Below are positions 8,761 through 18,081 of a stretch of DNA of 64,000 nucleotides, piece by piece. The notes under the pieces are model-generated. The model had not been told where the DNA came from and made no database searches. It was given only the letters and a program-made list of their open reading frames with translations. Source of the DNA: a virus; IMG/VR virus record IMGVR_UViG_3300045988_154248; one strand, written 5' to 3'. The position numbers were made by a program, and so were the translations under genes. How positions within the stretch are numbered: position 1 is the stretch's first letter; each line of letters starts with the position of its first letter.

Positions 8761-9012
8761 TTAATTTTCACAAATAATCTGATAACATTCTGCCTGATCT
8801 TCTGTCAATTCATACATTCCGTTCTTATCTGCATATTCACTTGGATATGTATTACACTCTGCATCTTCATCAAGCAAGATAATTGTGCAATCTTCAACAG
8901 CAGCATCTACTATTTCTTCTGCCTGTTCAATATTTTCTACTTCTTCAATTGGGACTAATATCGTTTTCTTAAAAACCATTTCCGTTGTAATTGCGTAATA
9001 TTTCTTTTTCAT
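8761..9012 (-). CDS. hypothetical acidic protein
   Basis: 83-aa ORF. Confidence 0.55.
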   Translation of the reverse strand: MKKKYYAITTEMVFKKTILVPIEEVENIEQAEEIVDAAVEDCTIILLDEDAECNTYPSEYADKNGMYELTEDQAECYQIICEN

Positions 9013-9200
9013 AAAAACTATCTCCTTTCCTGAAATTCATATACAGAAAATACTTTTCTCTTCTTTTCAGTTACAAGGATTTTCCGCAATTTTCACTGCC
9101 TGTTCCTTTGTTTTTGCGTCTACAGATATACCTAATTCTTCATTTTCAAAACCAACACACCATGTTTTCATATTATTTTCTCCTTTGAAATTGCTATCTC

Positions 9201-9545
9201 TTAACAATAAAGCTCCCATCCTTTTCTTTGACTTCCAAGTTTCCGTTCAATTACAATACTTTCACCTTCACCTATTAAATATCCTTCTCTGCAAATTTCT
9301 GTATCTCCTAAACGAATCCATGGATAAATATAAAACTGCGTGATCTCTTTATAATTTGATAGATCATCTTTAAATCCATTTTCTCTGTTTTCTTTCAAGC
9401 ATTCCTTCCAGATCTTTTCAAATTCAGTTCTACATTTCCGCTTAGACATTCGATTTGACTTAGTAACCTCATTTCCAGCATAATAATAACCACCTTCTGC
9501 TGGTTCATAAATCGGATATTCTGAATAAAATGTTAGATATCTCAT
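9201..9545 (-). CDS. hypothetical protein
   Basis: 114-aa ORF. Confidence 0.6.
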   Translation of the reverse strand: MRYLTFYSEYPIYEPAEGGYYYAGNEVTKSNRMSKRKCRTEFEKIWKECLKENRENGFKDDLSNYKEITQFYIYPWIRLGDTEICREGYLIGEGESIVIERKLGSQRKGWELYC

Positions 9546-9645
9546 ATTATTTTCCTTCTCTCACACAATCATCCTGCTTCTATTCCCTGATATGATAAGA
9601 TTTTGTCTTCATAATCATTTTCCCAATGTTCCATTTCCGTTCCTC

Positions 9646-9885
9646 CTAAATCCCGAGTAAATCTTCTAATTCTCTCATCCGATCATGCTTAAAACCAATA
9701 CATACAAGTGTCTGAAGAATACCTTCTGCATATCCTCTGTGATTTTCAGCTTTCATCCGTAAAGTTTCAAAATGCACTCTGTTATCGGTTTCATTTGCTT
9801 CTGTAAATTCTTTAATCGCCTGATTTGCATTTCGAATTCCTTCTTCCATAACTCTTTTACAATTTTCACATTCTGTTTTATTCAT
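9646..9885 (-). CDS. hypothetical protein
   Basis: 79-aa ORF. Confidence 0.55.
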   Translation of the reverse strand: MNKTECENCKRVMEEGIRNANQAIKEFTEANETDNRVHFETLRMKAENHRGYAEGILQTLVCIGFKHDRMRELEDLLGI

Positions 9886-10085
9886 TTACATCGCTCTCAC
9901 TTTCTGTTATAATAACTACTCAAGGAGTTGGGGACTTACATGGAATTTCCATTGCCCCATTTGTTATTCATTGATATATTCCCAGGCTTCTCGTTCTGTT
10001 GGAAAAGCAATGCTGCATCCTGGGATATACCAGTTTCCGTATTTCATGTACGGCATAGCTACACACCTCCTTGTATGTATTTATA

Positions 10086-10116
10086 GAAAAAGCAGAGATG
10101 GCGTTCTCTGCTTTTA
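10086..10116. terminator. bidirectional terminator-like hairpin
   Basis: AAAAGCAGAG...CTCTGCTTTT is a perfect stem with an A-run and a T-run on either side. Confidence 0.55.
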
Positions 10117-10156
10117 TCTATCTCGTTATGTTATTCTCTCTTTTGGAATTGCTATT

Positions 10157-10327
10157 TCATCGCCATGACAAAACCGGTTCATAAACCGTATCAATCCATT
10201 TACATAAATCATCGAATTCTCTTTCCGTGATAGACCCATCATCATAGCAATCATGAACATAATCCTCAATATCTCCCTTATGTTTTCCGCGCATATTGTT
10301 TATGATATAGTTCATAATTTCTCTCAT
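10157..10327 (-). CDS. hypothetical acidic protein
   Basis: ORF track gives 10157..10372. ATG at 10327 (MREIMNYII) follows GGAGG and overlaps the upstream stop as ATGA. Confidence 0.5.
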   Translation of the reverse strand: MREIMNYIINNMRGKHKGDIEDYVHDCYDDGSITEREFDDLCKWIDTVYEPVLSWR

Positions 10328-10707
10328 AAAATCGCCTCCTGTTTTATCATCTTTCCATCTTCCCAATGACAAATTGGCGTACTTGAAGAAATTTCAAGAC
10401 TATCGTCGTTATTCAAATACACCTTTTCTCTCCGTAACGTAACTACTTCAAATTTATTTTCGCTTAAAGCTTTTCTGATTGCGTTTAATGCACCAGACTT
10501 CGATTTATAACTTCTATTAAATGTTGCATTTTTATTTTTATCATCAAACCCAACCACCAAATAAGAGATTTTGTAGGTTGCCTTCCAAAAATTCTTTGCG
10601 AGTGGTTCAAGAACATAATGCTCTTTCATCCATTTGAAGCTTTTTTCTGTTTTACAAATATACGGGTTGCTTCCATCAATAAAAGTAATATGCTGATATA
10701 CATTCAT
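10324..10707 (-). CDS. hypothetical protein
   Basis: 127-aa ORF. Confidence 0.6.
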   Translation of the reverse strand: MNVYQHITFIDGSNPYICKTEKSFKWMKEHYVLEPLAKNFWKATYKISYLVVGFDDKNKNATFNRSYKSKSGALNAIRKALSENKFEVVTLRREKVYLNNDDSLEISSSTPICHWEDGKMIKQEAIL

Positions 10708-10719
10708 ATTTCTCTCCTT

Positions 10720-11118
10720 TCACACATCAACCGAAATGCAATGGTAAGCCCACCATCTTCCGTTTCTTTCAACAAGCTTGTACCAACTCGTAAATCTCTG
10801 TCCTGTGCAATCAAATGCAGAAGGAACATATTCCATATATTTATTATATTGAAACCATTCATCCGCTGTTTCCCTTGTAGTGATTTCTTCTGGAAGTTGA
10901 AGTAATTCAATATACCCGTCAATTCCATTATCATGCACAATATGTCTTTCTGGTTTTTCGTTTTCTTGTTTATAGATATCACGGATTTTTCTTTTCTTTT
11001 TGATAATTTCATCTTTAGCTATTTCATTCACGTCATATCCATAAAGCTCACACATTTCTTTACAAATTTGAAGCCAATCGTAAAGCTCATGTAATCGTTG
11101 TCTTATTATATGATCCAT
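10720..11118 (-). CDS. hypothetical protein
   Basis: 132-aa ORF, preferred over the alternative-frame ORF 10704..11012. Confidence 0.6.
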   Translation of the reverse strand: MDHIIRQRLHELYDWLQICKEMCELYGYDVNEIAKDEIIKKKRKIRDIYKQENEKPERHIVHDNGIDGYIELLQLPEEITTRETADEWFQYNKYMEYVPSAFDCTGQRFTSWYKLVERNGRWWAYHCISVDV

Positions 11119-11146
11119 ACTCTACACCTCCATTTTATCTATTGTC

Positions 11147-11332
11147 TTAATCTACCAGATCCGCATAGCCGCCATCATAATTCTGTTTCCACGACCTATA
11201 AACTCCGTTTGTATCAAGAAACTCTAAATAATATGCCTCTCTCCATTCCCACGGCTCCTGCCATACAATCTCTTTAATTGTACATACAATTCCTTGGCAA
11301 TGAACTACATCACCTGGTCTTAAATCTCTCAT
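11147..11332 (-). CDS. hypothetical protein
   Basis: 61-aa ORF. Confidence 0.55.
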   Translation of the reverse strand: MRDLRPGDVVHCQGIVCTIKEIVWQEPWEWREAYYLEFLDTNGVYRSWKQNYDGGYADLVD

Positions 11333-11363
11333 TTTCTTTACTCCTTTTAAAATCTTAGTTTCT

Positions 11364-11678
11364 TCAATTTTCTACTTCCACGAGAACAGTGTATTCAATT
11401 CCATTATGTTCAAAGTTCCATTCACCGTCATATGTACAATCTGGTTCTGTGCATGTCAGTTCAAATCCATTATGGAATAATACACCTTCTGTATATGGAG
11501 CTTCTTCACAAAGTACTAACTTAATATCTGCTTCAATTCCGTTTGGAAATTTTGCGGTGTGCGTAATTGTTTCATCTCTCTTATATCCATATTTCTGATA
11601 AATTTCATCTCCTGTAAGATTGAGTAAATCATTAATTAAATTCATTTCCTCGCTTGATATTTTTATTGTTTGTACCAT
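11364..11678 (-). CDS. hypothetical protein
   Basis: 104-aa ORF. Confidence 0.6.
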   Translation of the reverse strand: MVQTIKISSEEMNLINDLLNLTGDEIYQKYGYKRDETITHTAKFPNGIEADIKLVLCEEAPYTEGVLFHNGFELTCTEPDCTYDGEWNFEHNGIEYTVLVEVEN

Positions 11679-11724
11679 AAAATTTCCTCCAATCTACTTT
11701 TGAAATGCGAATTTCTTACTTATG

Positions 11725-12291
11725 TCACTCTTTTTCAAATTTAGTTCCCTTCCAATCTAACCCATCAATCAGATAATTGGATAACTCGTCAAGTACATCG
11801 TCGGGTGTTTCATTGATGAATCTATTCATATTTACTGTAGTTCTGTCGTGTGTATATTCATCAATAAAGTCCATGATTTCCTTTACTGTAATATCCGTTC
11901 TCTGAATTTTATAAAAATCAGGATACCATCTATCAGAAAATCTGCCGTTAAAGTAGTCTGTTGCATACTGACCTGTTTTCATAGGAACTTTAATCCCGTG
12001 ACTGTAAAAAATTTCTTCTACTGCCTTTTCTTTCTCATTTTCCTTAAATGTATCTGTATTGATTACTTTATCTTCGTATGAAGAAAAATCTGCCGAATAC
12101 ATTTCATAACAATCTTTTGATGGATCGTCCCAATCAGGCGAAATATCTGCACCAATCAGAGTTGCATTTCCACATGCTGCACAAATAAGAAGGAAGTTTT
12201 TATCAGCATCTAATGCCTTTTCAATCCTCTCATTTGGGATAGCATGAATCCGTCCACATTTACAAATTCTAATATCATACTTTCTACTCAT
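11725..12291 (-). CDS. hypothetical protein with N-terminal CxC...CxxC metal-binding pattern
   Basis: 188-aa ORF containing ICKCGRIH...ICAACGN. Confidence 0.6.
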   Translation of the reverse strand: MSRKYDIRICKCGRIHAIPNERIEKALDADKNFLLICAACGNATLIGADISPDWDDPSKDCYEMYSADFSSYEDKVINTDTFKENEKEKAVEEIFYSHGIKVPMKTGQYATDYFNGRFSDRWYPDFYKIQRTDITVKEIMDFIDEYTHDRTTVNMNRFINETPDDVLDELSNYLIDGLDWKGTKFEKE

Positions 12292-12360
12292 ATCTTACCT
12301 TTCCTTTCCAATGAAACACGCATTTTTTATATTATATGTCCATTGTATTATTTGAAATAA

Positions 12361-12666
12361 TTATGTCGCCTTATCTAGCAAAATGTTACCGACTTCTTCC
12401 TCTGTAAGTTCTCTGATTATCTTCATTTTCTGTGTAAGAATCCAACTTCCGCCCTGGCTTTCTGGTCTGTTATAGCTTGTCCAATCTTCTACTTCACATT
12501 CGACCCATACACGCTGCTCTCCGTTTGCAAGCTTCTTGCGCCCCAAAGATTTTTGTCTAAATCTAATTTTTCTCCATACCGTAACATCACAAGTCCTCCT
12601 TTTTATAAAAACAAAGGAACAAGATTTCTCTTGTCCATTTATCATTCTCCTTTTAAATTCGGACAT
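12361..12666 (-). CDS. hypothetical protein (start uncertain)
   Basis: 101-aa ORF. The strongest SD (AAGGAGG, about 12600) serves a different frame, so the 5' end is unclear. Confidence 0.45.
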   Translation of the reverse strand: MSEFKRRMINGQEKSCSFVFIKRRTCDVTVWRKIRFRQKSLGRKKLANGEQRVWVECEVEDWTSYNRPESQGGSWILTQKMKIIRELTEEEVGNILLDKAT

Positions 12667-12815
12667 AAGTTAAGTCCACCATCAATTTCAGGAACTCTTC
12701 TATATGCATCTCTGTGAATACATTTTTCTCTTTCACATTCTGTGCAATCACATTTCTGATACTCTTCATAAGTCATTTTCCAATTTGTTTCTGCAAATCT
12801 TTCTCTTGTCATCAT
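12642..12815 (-). CDS. small Cys-rich protein (57 aa)
   Basis: Hand-translated as MMTRERFAETNWKMTYEEYQKCDCTECEREKCIHRDAYRRVPEIDGG... AAGGAG lies upstream. Confidence 0.4.
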   Translation of the reverse strand: MMTRERFAETNWKMTYEEYQKCDCTECEREKCIHRDAYRRVPEIDGGLNLCPNLKGE

Positions 12816-12830
12816 ATTGTTCGCTCTCCT

Positions 12831-13271
12831 TTAAACAAAATCTTTTGCAATATCTTCTCGACTCCCACAACTTGAACAACCTTCTGTGCCATGCTTTTCA
12901 AGTATCTTCCATATTGCATTTTCCTCTTCTTCTAAAAGATTAAAACCTTCCCAATATTCTACAGTTCCGTTCTTATGTGTTTGAAGAATTCCGCTAATCC
13001 ATGTATCATTTGTCATTTTTCTTACATAATCTTCAGGATTTTTGAGTGCAATATAATCTGGTTTAATCATCACAACTGCACCATATCCATTTACACACAA
13101 GCCAAAAGCAATATCTTCTGCATAAGATTTACTATCAAACACCTTTGCTTCCTTGTTTGATTCCCACTTTGCAACATTTGTATTTGTATCAATGCTTGTT
13201 ACATATTTAATCGTATTTACGTTATCATTACCGCCAATAACTCCTATTACATATTTAATTTTCTTTGCCAT
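12831..13271 (-). CDS. hypothetical protein
   Basis: ORF track gives 12831..13280. ATG at 13271 begins MAKKIKYVIG. Confidence 0.6.
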   Translation of the reverse strand: MAKKIKYVIGVIGGNDNVNTIKYVTSIDTNTNVAKWESNKEAKVFDSKSYAEDIAFGLCVNGYGAVVMIKPDYIALKNPEDYVRKMTNDTWISGILQTHKNGTVEYWEGFNLLEEEENAIWKILEKHGTEGCSSCGSREDIAKDFV

Positions 13272-13324
13272 ATTTATCATCCTTTCTCTTTAAGAAATCG
13301 TTCTTTCATTAGGTATCATGCAAT

Positions 13325-13594
13325 CTATAATTCCAAAATATTTATCATTGAATCCTTATAAATCTGTGTTCCGTCTGTTCTTATTTCTTTTACAAATTCT
13401 ACAAGTGGAATTCTTTTATTTCTTTCCATTTGCCATGAGTACATTTGTATCCAATCGCTTAACAGATTAAACATTGAATAATCATAAAATGGACAGCCCT
13501 TTGGTTTTACACTTTCCAAAAATTCTTTGGTCTTTGTCAATATTAATACATGAGTTGTGCCATTAAAATCAACTATAATATAATTACCTTCCAT
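13325..13594 (-). CDS. hypothetical protein
   Basis: 89-aa ORF. Confidence 0.55.
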   Translation of the reverse strand: MEGNYIIVDFNGTTHVLILTKTKEFLESVKPKGCPFYDYSMFNLLSDWIQMYSWQMERNKRIPLVEFVKEIRTDGTQIYKDSMINILEL

Positions 13595-13607
13595 TTACAT
13601 CGCTTCC

Positions 13608-13886
13608 TTATGTTGTCACAAATACTTCATTTCCATTTGTATCAAAATATCTTTCATGAAATTTTCCATCCACATAATCAATATCCATTCTAACGTCTTC
13701 GCAACCTGTAATAAGTTCCGCATATCTCTGATCTGCCAAAGCTTGCCAGCTTTTAATTCCGTGGTCACTCTTTACATTCTTAACAAGTTTACGAACTTCA
13801 TCATAAAATGTTTCTGCATTTGTAAGTTTATTCAGTTTATCAATTCTTGTACAATCTCTCTTTTCAAAAGCAAATTTGTATGTCAT
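13608..13886 (-). CDS. hypothetical protein
   Basis: ORF track gives 13608..13892 with a GTG start. ATG at 13886 lies 9 nt after GGAG. Confidence 0.55.
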   Translation of the reverse strand: MTYKFAFEKRDCTRIDKLNKLTNAETFYDEVRKLVKNVKSDHGIKSWQALADQRYAELITGCEDVRMDIDYVDGKFHERYFDTNGNEVFVTT

Positions 13887-13888
13887 AT

Positions 13889-14135
13889 TCACTCGCTCCT
13901 TTTAAACCACTCAAATTCATTTGTCACATAATTCCATCTAATAAATCCATTTTTATCTTCTCTTATATTTTCACGATTTTCTAATATACATTTGAGCAAT
14001 TCTTTTGCCAACTTGTCATTCAGTCGTTTTTTATGACATTTCAAATCATTGTTAACATAGTCAAACACTTCGGAAATATCTGAATTGCCTTTGTGTATCC
14101 TCTAATAAATTCACCAGATAATTTTTCAATTTTCA
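13889..14135 (-). pseudogene. small gene split across two frames (frameshift or two mini-ORFs)
   Basis: ATG at 14135 opens a 31-codon frame. A 59-codon frame (VFDYVNNDLKCHKKRLNDKLAKELL...) continues in another phase to the TGA at 13889-13891. Confidence 0.3.
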
Positions 14136-14138
14136 TAA

Positions 14139-14501
14139 CTATCCCTCCATTGTGTAATACAGATATTTGTATCTTGTATCATCCACATTTCCATTCCAAT
14201 CAATATCAAGCCATTTCAGTTCTACAACCAGGATATTGTCATCTGTTGCATAGCACTTTATAAAGGTATGTGGTCTTACATCTTTGAGTTCCAAATGACT
14301 ATCTCCATCAAATACTAAATGATTATTTGATTTTGCCACACATGTTCTTGCATGTGATTTATAATTTTCAAGCCTTCTTTGTCTTACAGCACCAATTTCT
14401 CCATCATCCATAGCAGGGCTAATCCCAATCAATAATGACTTACCACTTGTAATTCTTCTAACAAATTCTGCCTTACTAATCTCTTTAATGTTATCTCTCA
14501 T
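14139..14501 (-). CDS. hypothetical protein
   Basis: ORF track gives 14139..14510. ATG at 14501 follows GAGGGTG. Confidence 0.6.
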   Translation of the reverse strand: MRDNIKEISKAEFVRRITSGKSLLIGISPAMDDGEIGAVRQRRLENYKSHARTCVAKSNNHLVFDGDSHLELKDVRPHTFIKCYATDDNILVVELKWLDIDWNGNVDDTRYKYLYYTMEG

Positions 14502-14519
14502 ATCAATCACCCTCGCTTT

Positions 14520-15158
14520 CTACGCTATCTGCTTTGCTATATCTTCAATGTTTCCATTCATTACAATTACCGCATCTTTGTTGTCAGGATACTCATTCAT
14601 AAAATCTCTCAATCCCTCAAACTGCTTATTATCTGCATTTTCAATCATCTGCCTTACATTTTCGTTATGCAACTTAATCAAATAAGCTTTTTTATAATAC
14701 TGTTTGAATAAAAGATTTTCCTTTTCGCAATACTGCTTAATCACGTCAATCTGTCTCTGTTCCTCTTTCTTGATTACTTCGACTCTTGCCTTCTCATTAG
14801 CTTCTGCCTGTTCTTTTCGTTTGCGATTTCCAATTAGATAATTGAATAATGAATCTGATGCACATAAACTTTTATAAACCGCCTTTTCAATGTCGTATTC
14901 ATCTGGTTTGTCTTTTTCAATCCACCACAAGAAATTATCAATTGTTCTGTTGAAATTCTCTTCAAAGATGCACCTATTGCCAAGCTTGATATCTAAAATA
15001 TTCTTTCCATCTTTTTCGATCCGTAATGATGTATATACGTTTTCATCCGGTTTATCTGGATAAATACTCCATGTATACCTATCTTGTGTTCCATATACAA
15101 TCATTCCATATGCTTCATAAATCCGTTTCTCTTCATTTTTCAAATATACAAGTCCCAT
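14520..15158 (-). CDS. hypothetical protein
   Basis: 212-aa ORF. Confidence 0.65.
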   Translation of the reverse strand: MGLVYLKNEEKRIYEAYGMIVYGTQDRYTWSIYPDKPDENVYTSLRIEKDGKNILDIKLGNRCIFEENFNRTIDNFLWWIEKDKPDEYDIEKAVYKSLCASDSLFNYLIGNRKRKEQAEANEKARVEVIKKEEQRQIDVIKQYCEKENLLFKQYYKKAYLIKLHNENVRQMIENADNKQFEGLRDFMNEYPDNKDAVIVMNGNIEDIAKQIA

Positions 15159-15177
15159 TTTTTACTTGCCTCCTACA

Positions 15178-15456
15178 TCATTCTAAATTTGCATTTGTAT
15201 ATTTCAACCATTTTCCTGTATAAGTTCCGTTTAATCTCTCTTCGAAAGTTCTTTTTCTCATTCCGTAGATTTCTGTAGCAACTTTATACATGTCATATAC
15301 AAGATCCTTTTTCATATCTACAATCATAAAATCTTTTGGGTTATCCATACTATCCAATACATACTGCATGAAGTCTCTAAAAGTAACCAATCTATTTGTC
15401 GTACACCAAACAATTACTTCATCTTTTTCCTTCGTTACAAATTTTACTATCTGCAT
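15178..15456 (-). CDS. hypothetical protein
   Basis: ORF track gives 15178..15492. ATG at 15456 (MQIVKF) follows GGAAGGAG. Confidence 0.55.
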   Translation of the reverse strand: MQIVKFVTKEKDEVIVWCTTNRLVTFRDFMQYVLDSMDNPKDFMIVDMKKDLVYDMYKVATEIYGMRKRTFEERLNGTYTGKWLKYTNANLE

Positions 15457-15476
15457 AATATTCACTCCTTCCATTA

Positions 15477-15504
15477 CAAAAAGCAGACACAATTCTGCAT
15501 CTGC
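15477..15504 (-). terminator. intrinsic terminator-like hairpin
   Basis: GCAGA/TCTGC stem followed by UUUUUG on the minus strand. Confidence 0.45.
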
Positions 15505-15542
15505 CTTATTATTCTCCGCTCATGAAACTAATATTTTATGTA

Positions 15543-15887
15543 CTACCACTCAGGTTCTTTATCTGTTAAACCCAAGTAAAACGCATCCTTTTCGCTGTTC
15601 CAAAAATGTTCTTGCAAATCAGCAAACGATTTAGTTCCATTTTTCAACGCCTCATAATCTGCAAGTACCATATCATCTGTGTAATTTGCATATTCATTTC
15701 TGGCAATAGCAAGTCTGAACGTTTCACCCTTTCTTATCCAACCAAATCTACTTGTATTTTTCGCTATCGGATAAGCACTAATTGTATACCCATGCAAATC
15801 TGGATATTCTTCTGAATTTTCACTATGCCAATCTTCAAGCTGTATTTTTGTTCCATCTGCCATTACTGCTCTATCAATAGTCTGCAT
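15543..15887 (-). CDS. hypothetical protein
   Basis: ORF track gives 15543..15896. The second in-frame ATG is at 15887. Confidence 0.6.
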   Translation of the reverse strand: MQTIDRAVMADGTKIQLEDWHSENSEEYPDLHGYTISAYPIAKNTSRFGWIRKGETFRLAIARNEYANYTDDMVLADYEALKNGTKSFADLQEHFWNSEKDAFYLGLTDKEPEW

Positions 15888-15888
15888 A

Positions 15889-16074
15889 TCAATCACTAAT
15901 CCTTTCTCTCCACTTTTTAATTCGCACAGGGTAAATTACGTTTTCTCTGTATGTTTTCAATTGTGCTTTTGCATCTGCTCTATCTTCACAATTGCACTCA
16001 ATATCCCATCCATAACCACAATTTCCTTCGATTGCATAACAATCTTTCGTCTTTCTTTTATATGCCATAATCAA
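15889..16074 (-). CDS. hypothetical protein
   Basis: 61-aa ORF. Confidence 0.5.
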   Translation of the reverse strand: MIMAYKRKTKDCYAIEGNCGYGWDIECNCEDRADAKAQLKTYRENVIYPVRIKKWRERISD

Positions 16075-16475
16075 TATACCTCTTCATAAAATTTAATTGT
16101 TCTTTCCTTTTCAGCTTTATATTTCGCTTTATCAGTAAATAATGTGAGATAAATATCTCCCTCACAATATGTAAATACCGCCATCTGTTCATCTGAATAA
16201 GCATAAGAGCTATAACCATTTACCTGCACTAAATCGAATTTGCATTTCTTTGCGAACTGATAGCTCAAATCAGACATCCAATGTCCACTCAACATATAGT
16301 TTCCATTTCTATCTTCTGTCTCTTCCATGAAGTTTACGTTCGCAATCCGTTTTGTATCTTCGTTCAATGGATACACTGACAAATCTAAATCGGCAATGTC
16401 ATATTCTTCTTTATCTGGGATTCTTCCAGTTTCTCTAATCATCTGATAGTATTTGTTTCTTGGTATATATTTCAT
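16071..16475 (-). CDS. hypothetical protein
   Basis: ORF track gives 16071..16565. ATG at 16475 (MKYIPRNKYY) follows GAGGA and overlaps the upstream stop as TAATG. Confidence 0.55.
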   Translation of the reverse strand: MKYIPRNKYYQMIRETGRIPDKEEYDIADLDLSVYPLNEDTKRIANVNFMEETEDRNGNYMLSGHWMSDLSYQFAKKCKFDLVQVNGYSSYAYSDEQMAVFTYCEGDIYLTLFTDKAKYKAEKERTIKFYEEVY

Positions 16476-16918
16476 TATTTCATCCTCACTTTCATCATTT
16501 CTTTTCTGTATTCTTTTATCTGTTCCAAAGTCAACCATTCCGGTTTCTCTTCCAGTGATTTCCAAATCCGTTCCATTTCGTCACAGATTGCTTCTACACT
16601 GCCACCCCACAGATGACCTTCATAACCGTTTCCATTTCCGAGGAAATAGTTACAATCACTTCTCATTCTGTCTAATAACATGTAATCCTTTTCTCTTGGA
16701 TGCCGAATAAAAGGATCATCGCACTCAACTGGTTCTGTTACTCTATTACATGGCTCACCACAGATTTCATCCCATTCGGTTCTATAAGCACCTGTGTAGA
16801 GATTAAGTCCGTTTTCTCCATTGTTCTCGTCAAAATACAACTTCCCATTTTCATCTTCGTAGCATGGAACTTCCATGTATCCACCAAACCCAACATATTT
16901 TACTTTCATACTTTTCAA
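16475..16918 (-). CDS. hypothetical protein
   Basis: 147-aa ORF. Confidence 0.6.
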   Translation of the reverse strand: MKSMKVKYVGFGGYMEVPCYEDENGKLYFDENNGENGLNLYTGAYRTEWDEICGEPCNRVTEPVECDDPFIRHPREKDYMLLDRMRSDCNYFLGNGNGYEGHLWGGSVEAICDEMERIWKSLEEKPEWLTLEQIKEYRKEMMKVRMK

Positions 16919-16927
16919 CCTGCCTTT

Positions 16928-17137
16928 CTATCCGATCCACTGTTTTGTTACTGTGTTATAAATCGCCCCGTTTGCATCCTGATATTCTTTGTATCTGGAA
17001 TATGTAAACCGTAAACATTTATGACCGTTCGCATAAACAATGGTCTTATTTCCATTATCAATGGCAAATCTTTCACGCCACCCAGCAGCTTCCCATGCTT
17101 CTTTCATTTCACCTCTGAATCTTCTTGCCTTCTCCAT
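16928..17137 (-). CDS. hypothetical protein
   Basis: ORF track gives 16928..17200. ATG at 17137 (MEKARRFRGE) follows GGAGGAG. Confidence 0.5.
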   Translation of the reverse strand: MEKARRFRGEMKEAWEAAGWRERFAIDNGNKTIVYANGHKCLRFTYSRYKEYQDANGAIYNTVTKQWIG

Positions 17138-17139
17138 TT

Positions 17140-17379
17140 TTACTCCTCCTGTTTTCTCTTCATAATTCCATTTGCTGCCTGTACACATCCGTATAACCAA
17201 CCATTCAGGTAATCAATGTTGTAGCAATACTGCGTCCAATCTCCGTTTTTTGCCCTTTCTTCACTGGTAAAAACATAAAATCCATTACCATAATCAGCAT
17301 CTTCAATTTTAATAAAGTCGAAGTTTGCCTTATAAGACCGCAAGTTATCTTTAATAATTTCTTCCTGACGTTTTGTCAT
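17140..17379 (-). CDS. hypothetical protein
   Basis: ORF track gives 17140..17394. ATG at 17379 lies 9 nt after GGAG. Confidence 0.55.
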   Translation of the reverse strand: MTKRQEEIIKDNLRSYKANFDFIKIEDADYGNGFYVFTSEERAKNGDWTQYCYNIDYLNGWLYGCVQAANGIMKRKQEE

Positions 17380-17400
17380 CTTCTTTTTCTCCAATTAAAT

Positions 17401-17434
17401 AAGGCAGCTAGGTATTTATTCTCCTAACTGCCTT
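17401..17434 (-). terminator. conserved-loop intergenic hairpin (family copy 1)
   Basis: The minus RNA reads AAGGCAGTTAGG-AGAATAAATA-CCTAGCTGCCTT. Homologous to 17697..17728. Confidence 0.5.
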
Positions 17435-17441
17435 GCTGCGT

Positions 17442-17663
17442 TTAATTACTATGAATCGAATAGCGAGCATTCACTTCTTTCAAACATTCCATCATCAAAC
17501 CGAAATCATTAAATCTGTCAATATCTTTAATAACAGCTGTACTACCACATACATTAATAAAAATGCATTTTGCGTTTTCACAATAATCTACGGTCACTCT
17601 CTTATCATCCGTATACTCATTCGCTTCGAACATCTCATTCATTTTCTTAATCCAGTCATTCAT
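17442..17663 (-). CDS. hypothetical protein
   Basis: 73-aa ORF. Confidence 0.55.
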   Translation of the reverse strand: MNDWIKKMNEMFEANEYTDDKRVTVDYCENAKCIFINVCGSTAVIKDIDRFNDFGLMMECLKEVNARYSIHSN

Positions 17664-17696
17664 GATATTTTCCTCATTACTTTCTTGTAATAAAAC

Positions 17697-17728
17697 AGAT
17701 AGTTAGGTTTTTATTCTCCTGACTACCT
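17697..17728 (-). terminator. conserved-loop intergenic hairpin (family copy 2)
   Basis: The minus RNA reads AGGTAGTCAGG-AGAATAAAAA-CCTAACTATCT followed by GUUUUAUU. The stem differs from copy 1 by paired changes. Confidence 0.5.
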
Positions 17729-17761
17729 TTGTTTTGCGTTGTTTTGTTTAGTTGCTAGAGC

Positions 17762-18046
17762 TTACAGACACTCTGCAAAAATCTGAAGGTTAAATTTGTT
17801 GCTTAACTTTTCAATGGTCATATCTTTGAGTTTCTTTGCAAGAGATAATTCATTTGCATCGTAAGTCCATTCCATTTCGTATCCATTTGGTGTCGCAGGG
17901 AATTTCACTTCTACACAAATTCCATTTCCATAATCCGTAACTTCTGTTACAGTTCCAAAGAAACTTTTATGATACCGTACACCATATTCTTCTTCATACT
18001 TCGTATCTGGGTTAGATACATATACTAAATCACCAACTTTAAACAT
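17762..18046 (-). CDS. hypothetical protein
   Basis: 94-aa ORF. Confidence 0.6.
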   Translation of the reverse strand: MFKVGDLVYVSNPDTKYEEEYGVRYHKSFFGTVTEVTDYGNGICVEVKFPATPNGYEMEWTYDANELSLAKKLKDMTIEKLSNKFNLQIFAECL

Positions 18047-18065
18047 TTGCCTTCACTCCTTTTCT

Positions 18066-18081
18066 TGAAATCTTAATTTCA
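18066..18081 (-). promoter_or_regulatory. intercistronic element TGAAA-N6-TTTCA (copy 7)
   Basis: Sequence TGAAATCTTAATTTCA. Its TGA is the stop of 18079..18384 and it sits 5' of the AAGGAG of 17762..18046. Confidence 0.5.

Noticed and set aside
10704-11012. Alternative-frame minus ORF of 102 aa
   Set aside because: It lies wholly inside 10720..11118, which has the more protein-like sequence and fits the operon tiling.
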